Positions 37,966-50,619 of a stretch of DNA of 64,000 nt are shown one piece after another. A model generated the notes under the pieces. The model saw only the letters and a program-made list of their open reading frames with translations, had not been told where the DNA came from and ran no database searches. The stretch spans positions 42,906,001-42,970,000 of the forward strand of contig NW_024704742.1 of assembly GCF_018977255.1 (NCBI RefSeq), read 5' to 3'. Positions within the stretch are counted from its first letter, which is position 1. The number at the start of each line of letters is the position of its first letter. Origin of the DNA: Callorhinchus milii. Taxonomy: Eukaryota. The translations under genes were made by a program, and so were the position numbers.

Positions 37966-39774
37966 TGGCTTTGAGAGGTGGAAAGTACAGCCTTGGATGC
38001 TGATGCTGTCAGTGCCATCACCTTTCCTTTAAGTTCCAATAATTTGTATTTGTTTTAAAAAAGGCCTGTTTAATCAACGCACTTCTTAACTACTCTATAT
38101 TTTTGATATATTGTAATTGTTGAAACATTTTTGAATATCAGATAAAGTGAAGAAAGATCTTTTGGTGGTTTGGAAATAGGAAATATTTCAGCTCAGCTGG
38201 TAGCACTCTCACCAACCAGTCAAAAGGGTTTGAGTTCAAGAATCACATTGGGACTTTGAACTCCTATAATCTAGGCTGAAATTCCAAATAAAAAATGGCC
38301 TTTCACTTTATGGCTGATTATGGAACATTGTTGTGTGCAAATTGGCTGCCGTGTTTGTCTAAAAATACAATCACTACATTTTACAGTGAATTCTGTGAAA
38401 CAGTTTGAGACATTCTCCGGACATGAAAGGCACTTTATCAAAAGCAAGGATTATTACATTATTTATTATCAACAGTGTGTTTTATTCCTTCTGGTAACTA
38501 AACAAAATTTGTGTTTGATGTGCTTGCCAAAAAATAACAACTTGCAAAACGTTCACACAGGAATTAAAAGGCATTGCGCTATTACGTGAAACATTTGGAA
38601 GTTATTAACACTTGAACACATGCAAAAACTGTAACTGAGTCTTTTGTCTTGGGCAATTGTAGTTTAAGGGAAGTGAGTCTATTTCTGTCTGATACAGTAC
38701 GACGTAATGATCACTGCTACATAAATGTTTGTAATTGTATTGATGAAATGTTTGCTAACTGCTGGACAAAAACAAAATGCATCCAAAGTACAGTATATCA
38801 CCAATTTACTTATGAAACAGAACAATGAAAATACAACCTACATAGGGTGATTTTCCTGCAGAAGGAACAATCATCATCATTCTTTGAATACAAGCCAAGA
38901 GTATCAAATTCCAGCTGAGTGGAAGATCGATACTATGAATTCTTAAGAGACAATGACCCCAAGTAATTTCGCTCTTACCCCCATCGGCGAAGATAACATA
39001 CTGAAACTGCTAAACCAAAAATCATATGAACTATTGGATACTAATCTTATCAATCAAACTGTGGTCAAACGCCCAATGTGATTTTTTAAAAAATATTCTT
39101 AATGTTTTATCACTTGACATCTACATTTGTTAAAAATGCAACTTTAGAAAAAATAGAATTTACAAATATATAGTGCTGTAGTGTAAATATTCTCTGTAAG
39201 CAAATTGCTTATATTTTCCAATAATTCTATTTGTTAAAATATATTCAGAATTAAAACATTGATTTGAAAAAATACAGTACTTTGCACATGATCAGACAGA
39301 ATACATTAAAAGAAAAATGTTAGTACTGGGTTAAAATTTCTGCCATTCATCGAATATTCAAAGGGTTTGTTAAACCTCATCAAACGTTCAACAGTAAGTT
39401 AGCTCTTTCAGTAAATTAAGTGTTTGGGTGGAAATCTTTCCCATTAATGTAGAATGTCAGTGGGTGCAAGAGAATTGCAAGGCAAGGCAATCAGAAACCC
39501 CATTAGTAAATTAAAAAAAAGTCTGTGCATTACATTTCCACCACCACTAGATGATGCAAGTACTCTATATAAATATTATTGAAGATGGTTGAGACTTCGA
39601 AAGTAGTAAGCAGAAATGTAATATTTTAGGAATGGTTTCACATATCAATGTTGAGTGGCCAAAGGCAAGAACACTTAGTGTGGTTAGGTAAGTTAAAAAA
39701 AATCCAATGGAAAATATTTATCTGCACCATATACTTCTATTTGTATATATTCCATACATCTCACTCTTTACATT

Positions 39775-40220
39775 TCGTACACCAAGATCCCCAAGCCCCA
39801 GAGGATCGAGATCAAGATTCTTGTCCTCACTTTTAAATCCCTCCATAGTCTTGCCCCACCCTACCTCTGTGCCTTCTAAAACATTACCAACCTGCCCACT
39901 CCCTCGCTCTGCCTGTTTCCCTCGCCCCTGCCCTGCCTGCCCCACCATCAGAGGTTGGACCTTCAGCCTTTATGCCCCCACTCTCTGAAACTCCATCCCA
40001 AAGTCCTTCTGCCTCACCCCTTCTCTTGCCTTCTTCAAGGTTTGTCTCAAGATCTTCCTGTTCGACTGCACCTTTGGGCATCTTCCTAACCTCAGCCCCC
40101 TTAGCCCCTAGCCATCCCGAATCCAATCCCCAGCTCGAGTGGAAACCCGCGACTGTCTAGCACCTTGGGACGTCCTCCCCACATGAAAAGCGCTATATAA
40201 ATGCAATTTGTTGATGTTAT
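39775..40220 (+). mobile_element. L2 3' fragment, intronic
   Basis: ccccagaggatcgag..tcaagattcttgtcctc; L2 tail. Confidence 0.85.
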
Positions 40221-40394
40221 GAACGATACATCACATTTAGCATAACTTTATCCTCAACACTTTGTTGTACAAACAAATAAATGTACAATATTAACATTAG
40301 ATATTACGGAAACACTCAAGCCTGAACATCAAATCTATTGGACTGAATGGATTGCTCTTAAAGGAGCTGACACAGCCTACTTAACGAACTGCCA

Positions 40395-41370
40395 GCACTA
40401 CATCTCGGCCAATGNTTTTTTTCTCCCGCCCCCACCAGGTCAACTGCAGGGTACCCAAGGCTCCATCCTTGCCCCTCTTCTCCTCATCTAAATGTTCCCT
40501 CTTGGTCTTTTCATCCGCAGACACGGGGTAAACCTCCACATGTATGCGGATGACATACAAATCTACTTCTCCTCCAGCTGCAACTCTGATGTTCACTGAT
40601 GTTCTGTCAGCTTGTCTGACAGACATCAAGCCTGGATGGGCAGACACTTACTGCAGCTAAATGTTGACATGGTGGAAGCCATATACTTTGGCTCCTGTCA
40701 ACTCTCCGCCACATTGCCTTAGGCAGGACCGCTTTCCTCCACCTCTGCCACATTGCCCGCTGCCATCGTACCTCACTGCAAAAGCTGCTGAAACCCTCGT
40801 CCACGCCTTCGTCACTTCCCATCTCCACTACTCAAATGCCTTCCTCACTGGTCTCCCCTGCTACGCTATTCACAAAACTCAAAATAATTCAAAACTCCTC
40901 CACCCGCATTCTCACTCACTAAACTCTGTACCTCCAATAACCCAGTCCTTGTTAGACTTCACTGATTCCCTGTCACAGAGCGGATCAATTTCAAGATCCT
41001 CACTCTTGTATTTAAATTCCTTCATGCCATGGCCCCACCCTATCTCTCCAACTTGCTCTCTCCATACACCACTACCCACTGCCTCCACTCAACTGACTCT
41101 GGCCTCCTCTTTGTACCCCAGACCCTCCGCCCTACCATTGGTGGCCATGCTTTTAGCCACTACGCCCCGAAGCTGTGGAACTCTCTTCATCAATCCCTTC
41201 ACCTTGCCCCCCTTCTCCTCATTTTCAGTTTGTGCTTGAAGACATTCCTCTTTGACTGTGCCTACGGTCACATTCCCCCTACCCCTGGCTCGATATTGGA
41301 TTTGCCACTGTAAAGCGCTCCAAGACCACATCAGGCTTGAAGGGCACTATATAAATACAAGTTGTTGTTA
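40395..41370 (+). mobile_element. L2 fragment (RT to 3' end), intronic
   Basis: ggtacccaaggctccatccttg, tatgcggatgac (YADD), AAETLVHAFVTS. Confidence 0.88.
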
Positions 41371-41971
41371 TTTTAGCTTAATTTTATCTCAAATATAAAC
41401 TAATTCACCCATTCTATCCATTGTTAAATGTGACTTCAAATGCTGAATTTCTACCCCTCCCCCTCCCACCCACCACTCCACAATTGCATAAGTGTATAAA
41501 AACCAGGTCAAACTCTGACAATGTTTAGTCATATCGAGACCGATCATAATTGGCAGCCCAAGTGGTAAGATTATTTGTTGCCAGCACAGTAAGGGTTAAT
41601 GGTTTGCACTCGAGACTTCACTGAGTTAGTTCAATGTTTGATGGAAGGAATGTTAATGTTTACATAATCACCTAATATCACAACACCAACGCATTTAATT
41701 ATGCCTCAGTTATAGGGTCTAAAATATCAGAAGATTTGTGTTATAACCACAGCCCTGTCATGTGCTGCCTCTTCCCAGTATTATCAGGGCAATAATGACA
41801 GTTTCCAGGAGATAACAGACTTCATAGCAATATCATTATTTACAGACACAAAAATATTCCAATGACCATGTCTTACCACATAACAGGATAGTTGTCTTCT
41901 GACAACAAATCTACACGCAGACTGTCATTTCTCATCACAAATCCAAAGAAGGTTGAAAGCAGTTTACTTAC

Positions 41972-42067
41972 TATGGTGCATTTACTTCACTCCCATAATT
42001 TTTAATATTAGCTGCTGCTGTGATGCCACAAACTATGATAGGAATTCCTCCTCCAATTAGATAGAAC
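41972..42067 (-). CDS. ADGRA3: ADGRA3 exon (TM4, [31 protein letters not shown]), 96 bp
   Basis: Acceptor acgcag|G, donor TA|gtaagt; found by hand, too short for the ORF track. Confidence 0.96.
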
Positions 42068-43099
42068 CTGCGTGAATGTGAAGAGAAAGATATTAAACAA
42101 CTGCAAATGTAGTTTCTAAATAAAACACAATTGTTTTCTGATTGCTAGATTTTTTAAATATNAAAAAGGGATGTTGCAGTGCTAAGAAGCACTGATGTGA
42201 GGCATCATAAGGCAATGGGATGCAGGTACGCAATGCTCTCATCTGTACTTACTGTAGGTCTTTACGTCATGGTAACCAGGACTGTTATGCAATATTCTAG
42301 GTACAGCCTGCCCAGAGCAGTACAGTTGCCCAGAAATACACAGTAACTAGACTTTACAGCAATTGCTTGTGAAGCGCTTTGGGAACAGTTTGATATTAGA
42401 GGCACTAGATCATTTGCAAAATTATGACTTTTAAACAATCCCAAGAAATGTAACATTTCATATGACAAATTCATCCGACTGTACTTTAGAACCAGTTTGT
42501 ACTTAATATCTCACAATCCAAGGTTTTAATCTCTTTCAAGATGTACTGATTTCTCTCTATAAATTTTATATTTCAGATTTATCTACCTTTTGACTGGCAG
42601 GTGCTGAAGTGTTTAAGTACCAGATTGGTTAAGCGCCTTGAAACGACCTCCCGATGTGAAAGGTGCTATGCAAATGTAATGTTGTTGTTATTGTATTGGT
42701 TCATTTTTTATAAATTCCTTCATGTCTTAAAAAAAATTCATTTTAAAAATTTCATTTGACTGCTGTGGAACTTTTTGTTGTGACACTACTTCAGTAATTT
42801 CATCAACCTGGTCTTGAAATAAGATTCTCCTAAAGGAAATTGGATACTTATATTAATGAAAGGTGCCTCAGCCAATTGTATTCCTCCATCCATTTAATGA
42901 ACTAATACAGTTCGACAAATTAAAGTAGCTTTTACAATGACCTATAAAGTGAGTTTTACAATCCAGGCTACAATCCTCAAGCATTGATCAATGGGATTCT
43001 CCCCCACTGTTGTTCAATTCTTTACAGTATTTTACAGTAATAGCAACTGTGGGTGTTCTGATTAATCTCTTAAGCATGCAGGTTCTTAATAATAATAAT

Positions 43100-43290
43100 T
43101 CCGCCTGAACAGGCAGACAGAAACTCAGTTTAACATTTCATCCAAAGGACCAACACCTCCCACATGCAACACATCCCCACTGTGCATTGGAGTGTCACCT
43201 TAAACTATGTGAGTTCAAGTTCCGACGTGGGATTTGAACCTATAACCTTCTTACTCAGAGGCGAGAGTGCTACCACTGAGCCACGCTGAC
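43100..43290 (-). mobile_element. Family B SINE, 5' part
   Basis: gtcagcgtggctcagtggtagcactctcgcctctgagtaagaaggttataggttcaaatccc on - strand. Confidence 0.78.
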
Positions 43291-43974
43291 ATTCTTGGCT
43301 GTAATAGGAAATAAAACCTGATGCCAAGTGTTCTAATTTGCTCAATATCTGCTTTTCGACAACAAAACCAGTTAGAACTGTCTTATAGCACACCAATATA
43401 AACTTTTCAAATAATCTGTTGCGTGCCAAACCCAGCATGAAATTGGCATTCGCTGTATAATCACGTCACTACATTCTATAACTACTTACTAATGAATCAG
43501 ACAGCATACTGAACAGAAGAAACTCCAGCCTTTCACTGTGGCTTCCACTCCTTAACAAATTTAGTTTAAAAAAACACTGAACTGCAGTGTTAAATACAGT
43601 TAGGTATTAAACATAAGGTCGAGAGATACTTCATTGGACCCTTCCTCAGATTGACCAGCAGTTTAATGTCTCTGAGAAAGAATAAATGAATGAACATGAC
43701 CATATCATATCCAATTCCCCTTTAATTCTGGGAAAACCACAATGTAACAATTACAAAATTAAATGAAACAATACTATACCTGATCGCCAAGTGATTTAGG
43801 TATGATAGGTCTGAAGCAAATGGTTAAGTTTAAGATTTTTTTAACAAAATGCTTTATTTCTGAATGAAATCTCTAAAGTGAAATATATTCATTTTCCATT
43901 TGAAAATTTGTGGGACTTGCTGAAACTTCCATGTGCTAACCCTAGAAACATAAAAGGTGAATAAAGCTTCTCAC

Positions 43975-44120
43975 CTAAGCATTGGCCGGGGAGGAGGAGG
44001 GGGCTCGTCAGGGTCCTGGCACCTTTTAGCTTTCCTTGTCAACTGTTTGAAAATGTTCCTTGCTGTAACACCGACCCACAGGATGGTGGAAAGTGTGGAA
44101 TAGTGTAGAATTATACCCAC
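43975..44120 (-). CDS. ADGRA3: ADGRA3 exon (TM3/ICL2, [10 protein letters not shown]...PPPPRPML), 146 bp
   Basis: Acceptor atgcag|GTG, donor AG|gtgaga. Confidence 0.96.
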
Positions 44121-44483
44121 CTGCATTTTAAGAGACAAAAGAAGCATGAGAAAAAGTAGAAATATAATAATAATAAACTCTTGCATTGATACAGTGCTTT
44201 ACCCCATTGTCGAACCTCCCAAAGCAGTTTATAAGATTTTACTGTTAAATAATAATAATCCTTGCATTTGATGTAGCGCTTTGTCATGTTGTAGAGATGT
44301 CTCAAAGTGCTTCACAGAACGTGTAGTGAATTGGCAGTTTTCTCCGAATGAAGACCACTGGTGGCCAACCTTGGGGACCGTGAGCCGGAAGTGGCACCGG
44401 GGCTGCCAAGAAGCACCTCCCTCTCCCGAGCATTCGCACGAGTCTACGTAAATCTGTGTTCAATCCTTATTGTGCTTCCAGTT

Positions 44484-44544
44484 TTTTCTTGATTGAATAT
44501 TTCTTGATTTATGGCATAAATCAAGACATATTCAATCAAGAAAA
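44484..44544. repeat. 61-bp near-perfect palindrome (30-bp arms, 1-nt spacer, one mismatch)
   Basis: ttttcttgattgaatatttcttgatttatg-g-cataaatcaagacatattcaatcaagaaaa. Confidence 0.95.
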
Positions 44545-46770
44545 TGTATTTTGTTGCCTGACAATATAAGTTGGCCACCACCAATCTAGACGAATCCCAT
44601 TCTCATGCTCACATCCAGTAATATTCTCGCTTTTTTTCCCCAAGCATCTAATTCGCTTTTGAAAGAATTGATGGTCTCTGCTACAACAGTGGTTAATGGC
44701 AGAGAATTCCATCTGCATGTCTTACTTTGGCATATGTTGGAAGTACAACAGGTCCAGATAATTTTGCCATAACAACAACAACAAGATTACATTTGTTTAG
44801 CGCCTTTCACGTCAGGAGGATGTCCCAAGGAGCTGGACAGTGTTCAGCATTTCAGACCTGAGCTGGGGTTGGGGGGTAAGGGAGGGGAGGGGAAGGGGGG
44901 TGGCCGATGGCATGGTCGAAGAGGAAGGTCTTGAGGCGGGACTTGAAGGAGACTAATACTGCGCTAGCCACAAGATAAGTTATGGACTTTAAATGTGTTT
45001 AACCGTTGTGGTATTCCAAAGTACTTTAATTATCTGTGCTTTTTTCCCCCCAATCATTAAAAACCTTTTTTTGTGAAAAAATATGCTGGATTTTTTGCAA
45101 TTATACATTCTACTGATGTGTTCAGGCATCTGATCTCACTCTGCACTGTTGTGTGAGATTACACGGCTAAAGTGTTCTCGCTAGTCAAAACTTGGCAGTT
45201 ACACAGTTAGCAATCTCTGTGCGTCATCTACTGGAACAGTCTGATTGTTTGGTGGAGATTTTAATTCATTCATTACATTACTTTCCTGAAGGTCCATTAA
45301 TATTGCCATAAAACAGATTTCGGTGGGTGGGGGGAATTCTAATTAACTTTTCCAGTCATATAAAAATGGTGCATTAATATATTTGCTGCTCTGACTCAGC
45401 CAAATATTAGAAAATAATAGGATCTAAAATATAGCAATCAGAACGTCTGGCATGTTGATTCTTGAGAACCCCCTACAGCGTAATCCCTTTTCAGGGCTGA
45501 GCTCCTGCTGGTTGATGTGCGATAAACTTGTGATTACCAAAAGGGGCCCCAACTGAGAATCCTGCTTAAAGTCACAGCATTTTAGACACCAATGTGGCTC
45601 CACTAGAATTCAGATTATCAATGTTGGAAGTTGAAAGATATACGGTATAAAGTATTTGAAATGTCACATTTACGTGCCTTGGGTCATCCTCCCGACGTGA
45701 AAGCCGCTATATAAATGTAAAATTTATATTGTATTGTACGTAATTTAATCTTCAGATTCCTTTCATTATGCTCTATAATGTTCTACAATTTTTTAAGCAA
45801 CTTTATCTTATGTTCAGGGTTGATGAGTAATATCAAATGCAAGCTTATTATTAATTATAAACTAGAGCTTGTGTATTTTATTTTTTGAACTGTATTTCAT
45901 TTTATGTTTTAGGTTATGATTCATGTTATGTGATATATTATGTATTATATTCAGCAGTTGAAATGCACCACAAACAAAGCAACTAAAATATGGGGTATAT
46001 ATACAAAAACAAGTTATTTGAGCAGCCAAGATAAAAACAATAATCAGACTATGTACTGCAAATACCCTGATGTGGAACATTGTACAGTAATTACAAAGTC
46101 CAGAGAAAATTGATTCAATGCACTTTGTTCTCCAGAAATTTAACTTTGAAATTTACCCACTTATATTTACATAACCAAACCTGTGCCCTCGCAGAAAATA
46201 AACTGTTCTTTTCCCACAGAAGTGATACAAAATAAAAGAAACTCAGGCATACATTACCTAGAAAACAAATATTCCAAGCAGTGCTTGGTACTGCTGTAAC
46301 CCATTTAGAGGCAGACAGGTGCAATCCACTCACAACTGTTCCGCATGAGTTACCCAGCCAGTCATACTTAAACAATAGAAATATCATCTGACATTTTACT
46401 GTCTAAATGATAGTAGTGGTAATAAAATGAATCCTTGAATGTGACTGAATGTCTCAAAGGACTTCACAGGTAATTTAGCAGGTGAATATCCCGTCATTGG
46501 TCCTACTGAAGGGATTCCTTCAGCATGTAATATGAATTACACAAATTCCACAAATGTGGAATTCTCCCCCTCTCATTCCCTGATACTTTGTAGTGTTGAT
46601 ATCCTAAAGTTTGTGTTCTGCATTGACTTATCGATTGTGACTTTCAACTTCTGGTTAGCTAAATCATGGCTTTACTAAAAGTCAAGAGTAAGGCCATGTT
46701 CCCAGAAACCTGGCAGATGGGATCGGTGATCCGCAAGGTGAATCCTCAACCCAGCTGTAGGATGTTTACA

Positions 46771-47325
46771 GAACCTTGGTTAGACCATCCTTAGAATACT
46801 GTGTGCAGTTCTGGTCCCCACACTATAGAAGGGATGTAGAGGCACTGGAGAGGTTGCCAAGGAGATTCACAAGGATGATCCCAGAACTGAGAGGTTATAC
46901 CTATCAGGAAAGCCTGAACGTGCTTGGACTCTTTTCTCTTGAAAAGAGGAGGATAAGAGGTCTTTAAAATGCTGAAAGGTTTTGATAGGGTAGACATAGG
47001 GAAGATTTTTCCACTTGTGGGGAAACCCAAACCAGAGGCATCAATATAAAACAGTCACAAATAGATTAATTAAGGAAATTAGAAGAAATTTCTTCACACA
47101 GAGAGTAGTGGAAATGTGGAACATGATACCACGAGGAGTTGTTGAGGCAAATGGCATAGATATGTTTAAGAGAAAGTTAGATAGATACATGAGGGAGAAG
47201 GAATAGAAGGTTATGCTTGAAGGCTTAGTTGAGGAAGGGCAGGAGGAGACTCACGTGGAGCATAAACACCGGCATAGACCAGTTGGGCCGAATGGCCTGT
47301 TTTTGTGCTGTATATTCTAATGTAT
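46771..47325 (+). mobile_element. CR1 3' fragment, intronic
   Basis: VRPSLEYCVQFWSPHYRRDVEALER...FFTQRVVEMWN. Confidence 0.9.
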
Positions 47326-47404
47326 GTCGACATGGAAAGCTATCATCGGAGGGAATTGATTAATATTCAATATTTAATGGAACTTTTTATTTAGACCACA
47401 AACT

Positions 47405-48010
47405 AGAAATGTCTTAAGTTGGGCTTTAAAAGTGGGAAGGGAGAGAACAAGGTGGAGGGACTCCAGATAGTTCTTCCAGAGAGCGGAGGCAGAATTGCTG
47501 TAAGGTCACCCACCGATGGTGGAACGGATTGGGCAGGGCACATGAGGCACTCTGCTGTTAGCTGAACAAGCTGGAGCTGTCAGGTTGGTAGAATTCCAGA
47601 GGGTCACATAGGTGGGCAAGACTGTGGAGGAATTTAAATGCGAGGACTTAAGGATGTTGAATTTGATCGCAGGGGATCAGGAGTCAGTGGAGCCAAGCGA
47701 GGAAGAGAGCGATAAGTTTGTCGTGCCTGGTCCAGGAGAGGACATGGGCTACAGTGTTCTGAATGGGCTGCAGCTTGTGTAAAGAGGAGCTGGGCAATCT
47801 GGCTGGCAGTGTTGGAAGAAATGAGCCTGGATGTTATGAAGGCGTAAATCTGGGTCTCGGCAACCAGGAATTGAGGTTGTGGTGGAGGTGGGCAATGTTG
47901 CAGGGGTGGGGGAAATCAACATTGAGTGAGAGTCAGTGTGTAGGGATGTGTAAAGGAATGTTGGGGGTTCAACAAAACACTGAGATTCTGCATCAGCTTA
48001 TTGAGTTGGA
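47405..48010 (-). mobile_element. Old L2 fragment, intronic
   Basis: Degenerate ORF2 3' region on - strand. Confidence 0.7.
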
Positions 48011-48304
48011 GTGAGCATCCGTGCAAGTCAATATTGTCAGCCCCTGAGGAAACAGTAATACAGCATGTTGGCTTTTCACCTACATTTTGATCCAGCCAAA
48101 CTGGAATTCAGAATTCCTATCTAAGAAATTATTTTGGGCATTACTGCTTCCACAGCACAAACTGTCCATAATATAGAAGAAACCGACAATCTCACCCATG
48201 AAGGCTACATAAAATTTACATAATTTCAAATAATCATGCTAGTGGAGTAAAGAGTGTTTTCTTGGGGATTGGCCTCTACACTGACCACATAATGGGTTCA
48301 TAAT

Positions 48305-48870
48305 GCTCATAATGGGCAATCTCAATCTTCACATTAACTTCGCCTGCCCATCATCTCGGATTTTGCTGCACTCCTCTCCTCCTTTAAACTTCTCTGCACA
48401 TAAAATCCCCAACAGTGGCCAGTCCACCTCGACCTTGTCATTACCCATGGCTTTGACATCTCCGATTTGTCCATCACCAACAAGGCCATCTCTGATCATT
48501 TCCTCATCTCCCTCTCCTCTCATATCACCCTCCGCCCCGACTCCAAGACCTCCATATCTTTTTCCAACCTTTGAAAAAAAAACACTCCGCTCGTCTGGCT
48601 CTGCCCTCCCACTTGTCTTTCGCCCTCTCCGTTCCAACATTGACAGCCATGCTTACAGCAACAATGCCCCCAAACCATGGAACTTTCTCCCTCAATCCAT
48701 CCATTTTGCTCCCTCTTTCCCCATTTTCAGATCATGTGTGAGGACCTCCCTCTTTGACTGTGCTTAAGGTGACCTTCTCTCAGCTTGACGACAGTCTCTG
48801 CCACTGTTAAGTTCTCCGAGATGCTTCCCTGCAAGAAGGGCACTATATAAATGCAAGTTGTTGCTGTTTG
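48305..48870 (+). mobile_element. L2 fragments, intronic
   Basis: Endonuclease-like GNLNLH piece joined to 3' end and tail. Confidence 0.72.
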
Positions 48871-49078
48871 TTGTTGGTGGTGAAAGGCGCTATATAAGTG
48901 GAATTTTGTTGTTGTGGTGGTGGTGGTGAAAGAGAATGCCCCTGTTTAGCCTTTCATCACTGGCATTACTTAAAACAGATGCACCTGTTGCAAAGCATGA
49001 CTGTGTCCATGGATTGCTTTGTAAAGATTCCCACTGCTATGTAGTGTATGGAGAGAAAATAAGATAGTTTCTGCTTAC

Positions 49079-49202
49079 CGCCTGGCAAACACTAATGTTC
49101 CTGGTTTGATTGATGCCACCGACGAACACTGCACAGGTCAGGAAAATGTGAAAGCAGAGATTGACCAGCATGTGCCAGCTCTTGCGGCTGATCCGCACCG
49201 CA
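49079..49202 (-). CDS. ADGRA3: ADGRA3 exon (TM2, AVRISRKSWHMLVNLCFH...VCQA), 124 bp
   Basis: Acceptor tgacag|T, donor GCG|gtaagc. Confidence 0.96.
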
Positions 49203-49617
49203 CTGTCAAAAGAAAATAAATCACCGGAACAGTTAGCCAGATAGCCACAGATCAACTGAAATGGATACAGTTTCAATCTCTTTTCTCTGGATCCTGTTCT
49301 TCCCCCGGTTGTCAGTTTAGCAGAACAACATTTTCCTCCAACATTCTCGATACCCTGTGACTCATGTCATGTGCGGTAGCCAAGAATGGCAATTCAGGTT
49401 TTTGTTAAAAGAAAATTATAAATCAAATTTGTGTAACTTCAGCATTTCTGCTCTATTGCACATTTTATTGCTCTGAGGGACGGTACAAATTACAAACATG
49501 TGGTAGTTAAGTTAATTGGCTCCATAGTCATAAATTTCCACTCGTTGTTTTCATTCTTTTCAAAACGTACTAATCGTGGACGTGTATGGCTAATAACGTG
49601 ATTTTCTGCAGGTTACA

Positions 49618-49978
49618 AAAAACAGCAAGCATTTATATAGCGCCCTTCACACAGGGTAGCATCTCAAAGCACTTAACAGTGGCTTAGCTGACTCCGAGCT
49701 GGTGGGAGATGACCGTAGGTACGGTCGAAGAGGAAGGTCTTAACACGTGATGTGAAAATAGGGATGGAGGGGGAAAGGCAGGAGATAGTTCCAGAATTTC
49801 AGGGTGTAGTGGCTGAAAGAACGGCAGCTGATGGTGGAATGGAGGGAACAAGGGACATGCAGGAAGCCGTAGCCAGGCGAGCGGAGGTGGCGGATGTTGG
49901 CATAGGGAATAAGCAGGTTGGAGAGGTAGGTGGATGCCAGGGATTTGTAGATGAGCATGAGGATATTAAAGTCAATCC
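49618..49978 (-). mobile_element. L2 3' fragment, intronic
   Basis: YLSNLLIPY...FSHYTLKFWN; L2 tail. Confidence 0.8.
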
Positions 49979-50494
49979 AAGAATAGTACAGGTTATTACT
50001 GTACTAACCAAATAAATTCTCCTCATCCCCGCTATTGTCTAATGAAGGAAGAAGACTCATGCAGCACAAATAAAGTTAGCTGAAACTTTATCCCATGTTT
50101 TCATTGTCGCATGTTCCTAAACTATACACTCTTAACTTCCCCGGATAGGGTAAGTGAGGGCTGTGGTTAATTACACCCACTGTGAAGCATGCTCAGCCAC
50201 TGTTGGTACTATCAATTTCCTCCCCCAAACACAGATAGATAGATTCAGCCCAGCCTGACTGCTCACTGCCTTGAAGAAATGCAAAATGTGGCTGATCGGA
50301 GGTTTAAATCTGGATCTCATTGTGTCGAGTAGCAAGTAAATGCACTGCATCACCCAACAAATGAAACATTTGGAACCTCTTGGTGTGACAGGTAACAAGC
50401 ATGTGAACAGTTTAATAATGGCAAAGTTATGAAGCTTAATGTGTAGGTAAAACTGATGTTTAGCTGTAACTGAAAGACAGAAAAGAACTATTAC

Positions 50495-50619
50495 CTGTGG
50501 TGGTATATGTAGCTAGCAATGATTATGAACAAGCAGATGAGTAAAACTGCTGCAGTGACATAGACCACTGGATGTAAGAGGTCGATGGACCGCAGCTCAA
50601 AATCAGCACCATTCAGATC
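50495..50619 (-). CDS. ADGRA3: ADGRA3 exon (TM1, DLNGADFELRSIDLLHPVVY...YIYHH), 125 bp
   Basis: Acceptor catcag|GAT, donor AG|gtaata. Confidence 0.96.

Noticed and set aside
37302..38039. 245-aa ORF as a host gene
   Set aside because: It is a frameshifted L2 ORF2 C-terminal fragment joined to flanking intron sequence.
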